Origin: Minisyncoccota bacterium
GTDB lineage: Bacteria > Patescibacteriota > Minisyncoccia > Phycocordibacterales > PALSA-1337
Assembly: GCA_041663145.1 (NCBI GenBank)
Contig: JBAZRG010000002.1
Coordinates: 94,618 to 158,617 of the forward strand
Length of the DNA: 64,000 nt
Direction: 5' to 3'
This document shows, piece after piece, positions 62,826 through 64,000 of the stretch (its first letter is position 1; each line of letters begins with the position of its first letter). The translations under genes were made by a program, and so were the position numbers. The notes beneath the pieces are model-generated. The model had not been told where the DNA came from, searched no databases, and saw only the letters and a program-made list of their open reading frames with translations.

Positions 62826-63887
62826 TCACTTGGAAGTAAGTTGACGCAATTTCTCTTGTGCCTTTTTCTGTTTATCTTCGGCATCTTTGATATTGGTCAA
62901 CCGTCGATGCTCTCGTAATATGAGATCACGCTTCGTGAGAAGCCACGCGGCCGGTGATCTGAGGTAGCAGGCTTCGTCAATGGTCCTCGCACACCTATCT
63001 TTATTGACGGGATCCACACAATCATTGAATCGACTGCGTAATGCTATCTCTCTGAGTTCAGCTATACTTGGCTGATCGAGATGTAGCAATCTCTTTTCCA
63101 AGATTTCTAAATGATCGAGTTGTGATAGGATCTCAATCATCCACGGCTTGGCTGTGTCGATGGCCGTTTTTTTCTTTTCGTTTCTTTCTATGGCCTTTTC
63201 CTGTGCTTCAGCAGTGCAATATGTCTCAAGATAGTCCTCTTTTTTCCAGTCAAAGATGAAATCTGCTAAAGCGAGAAGGAATTTTATTACCCGCTCCTCG
63301 TTATGAGAGATCTTATCACCGATTGGAAGATTGCGAACATCCATACCCTCGCTGAGCGTAGCTTTCTCGGTACGGAAGAAGTTTCGGATTGCGGGGAATA
63401 GAGGTTCCTCTGTGATAACATAGTTTAGAGTCTGATTGTGGTCTCCCATCTTCTTATCGTAAAGTTCTGGTTTGAAGAAATTCAGACACAGAATGTCGAA
63501 AGCCTTACGGGCGAGCAGTTGGCGCATTTCACTCGGAGTTTTTCTGATTTTATTACCAAACTCGTCCTGACCTAATACATAGTTTTCTTGATTTTCGTCG
63601 GCCAGTCGAAGTAGCCAACTATTTCTCCAACCATCCGCAATCTTGAGGTAGAAGATAACCCTATCCACTCCATTATAACTTCTACCGTCAGGGTAATAAC
63701 CATTAATTGGAACATCTAGCCCCACATGCAGAAGTCCAAGCATCTCTTCGAAGCGTTTTGCTCTTTGCCATAGTTCGATCCACTCCGACCAATCGCAAAT
63801 CGGGCGGATTTCTCGAGTCATGTGAGTGTGGATGATTGATGTATTTTGCGTGTCACTAGAAACAGCCGTCTCTACCTGATTTTTCAT
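62826..63887 (-). CDS. hypothetical protein
   Basis: 353-aa ORF with C-terminal coiled coil and a downstream hairpin at ~62772-62800. Confidence 0.65.
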   Translation of the reverse strand: MKNQVETAVSSDTQNTSIIHTHMTREIRPICDWSEWIELWQRAKRFEEMLGLLHVGLDVPINGYYPDGRSYNGVDRVIFYLKIADGWRNSWLLRLADENQENYVLGQDEFGNKIRKTPSEMRQLLARKAFDILCLNFFKPELYDKKMGDHNQTLNYVITEEPLFPAIRNFFRTEKATLSEGMDVRNLPIGDKISHNEERVIKFLLALADFIFDWKKEDYLETYCTAEAQEKAIERNEKKKTAIDTAKPWMIEILSQLDHLEILEKRLLHLDQPSIAELREIALRSRFNDCVDPVNKDRCARTIDEACYLRSPAAWLLTKRDLILREHRRLTNIKDAEDKQKKAQEKLRQLTSK

Positions 63888-64000
63888 ATGTACTACTTTC
63901 TTTGGTTATGCCCCGTACTGTGACGGGACGGATTTTCTAACGTCAATTTACTCTTTAATATTGTTATGTCAATGAAATGAAATAAGTAAACTTTGATATA

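Noticed and set aside
50858-64000. Prophage or integrative element after tRNA-Gln
   Set aside because: No integrase, phage structural or replication genes, and no repeat of the tRNA 3' end seen within the window

Overview
Bacterial chromosome segment, most likely Patescibacteria/CPR (Parcubacteria-like). This is inferred from the compact type IV pilus locus with a response regulator between pilB and pilT, the shortened RF2, and widespread -10 boxes 5-8 nt upstream of start codons. Genetic code 11 fits. Layout: (1-4.3 kb) AT-rich accessory islet with an NYN tail, a HEPN-motif protein, a Schlafen/AlbA_2-ATPase broken by one TGA, an SRPBCC protein and an orphan pilin; (4.3-9.6 kb) ECF sigma factor plus MacAB-type exporter; (9.6-33 kb) comF and a full type IV pilus locus with two identical major pilins, interrupted by an O-antigen-ligase-like transferase and a Wzm/Wzt glycan island; (33-37.8 kb) ligA, gatC, gatA; (38-44.3 kb) an SF2 helicase with seven zinc-ribbon repeats between 27-bp direct repeats, and a tRNA cluster in which tRNA-Thr(GGT) carries a 191-nt group I intron next to a free-standing HNH nuclease; (44.3-49 kb) prfB, ftsEX, pyrG; (50.6-64 kb) tRNA-Gln followed by an accessory region that holds a full-length major vault protein (MVP) homologue bracketed by two ~97% identical copies of a small gene, then rsgA. 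Best leads: the MVP-like cassette, two copies of a 152-nt intergenic element with 7 compensatory base-pair changes, a second hairpin family with conserved loops but unrelated arms, the very small tRNA-Thr intron with its HNH neighbour, and the repeat-array helicase. All calls come from reading motifs by eye; no searches were run.
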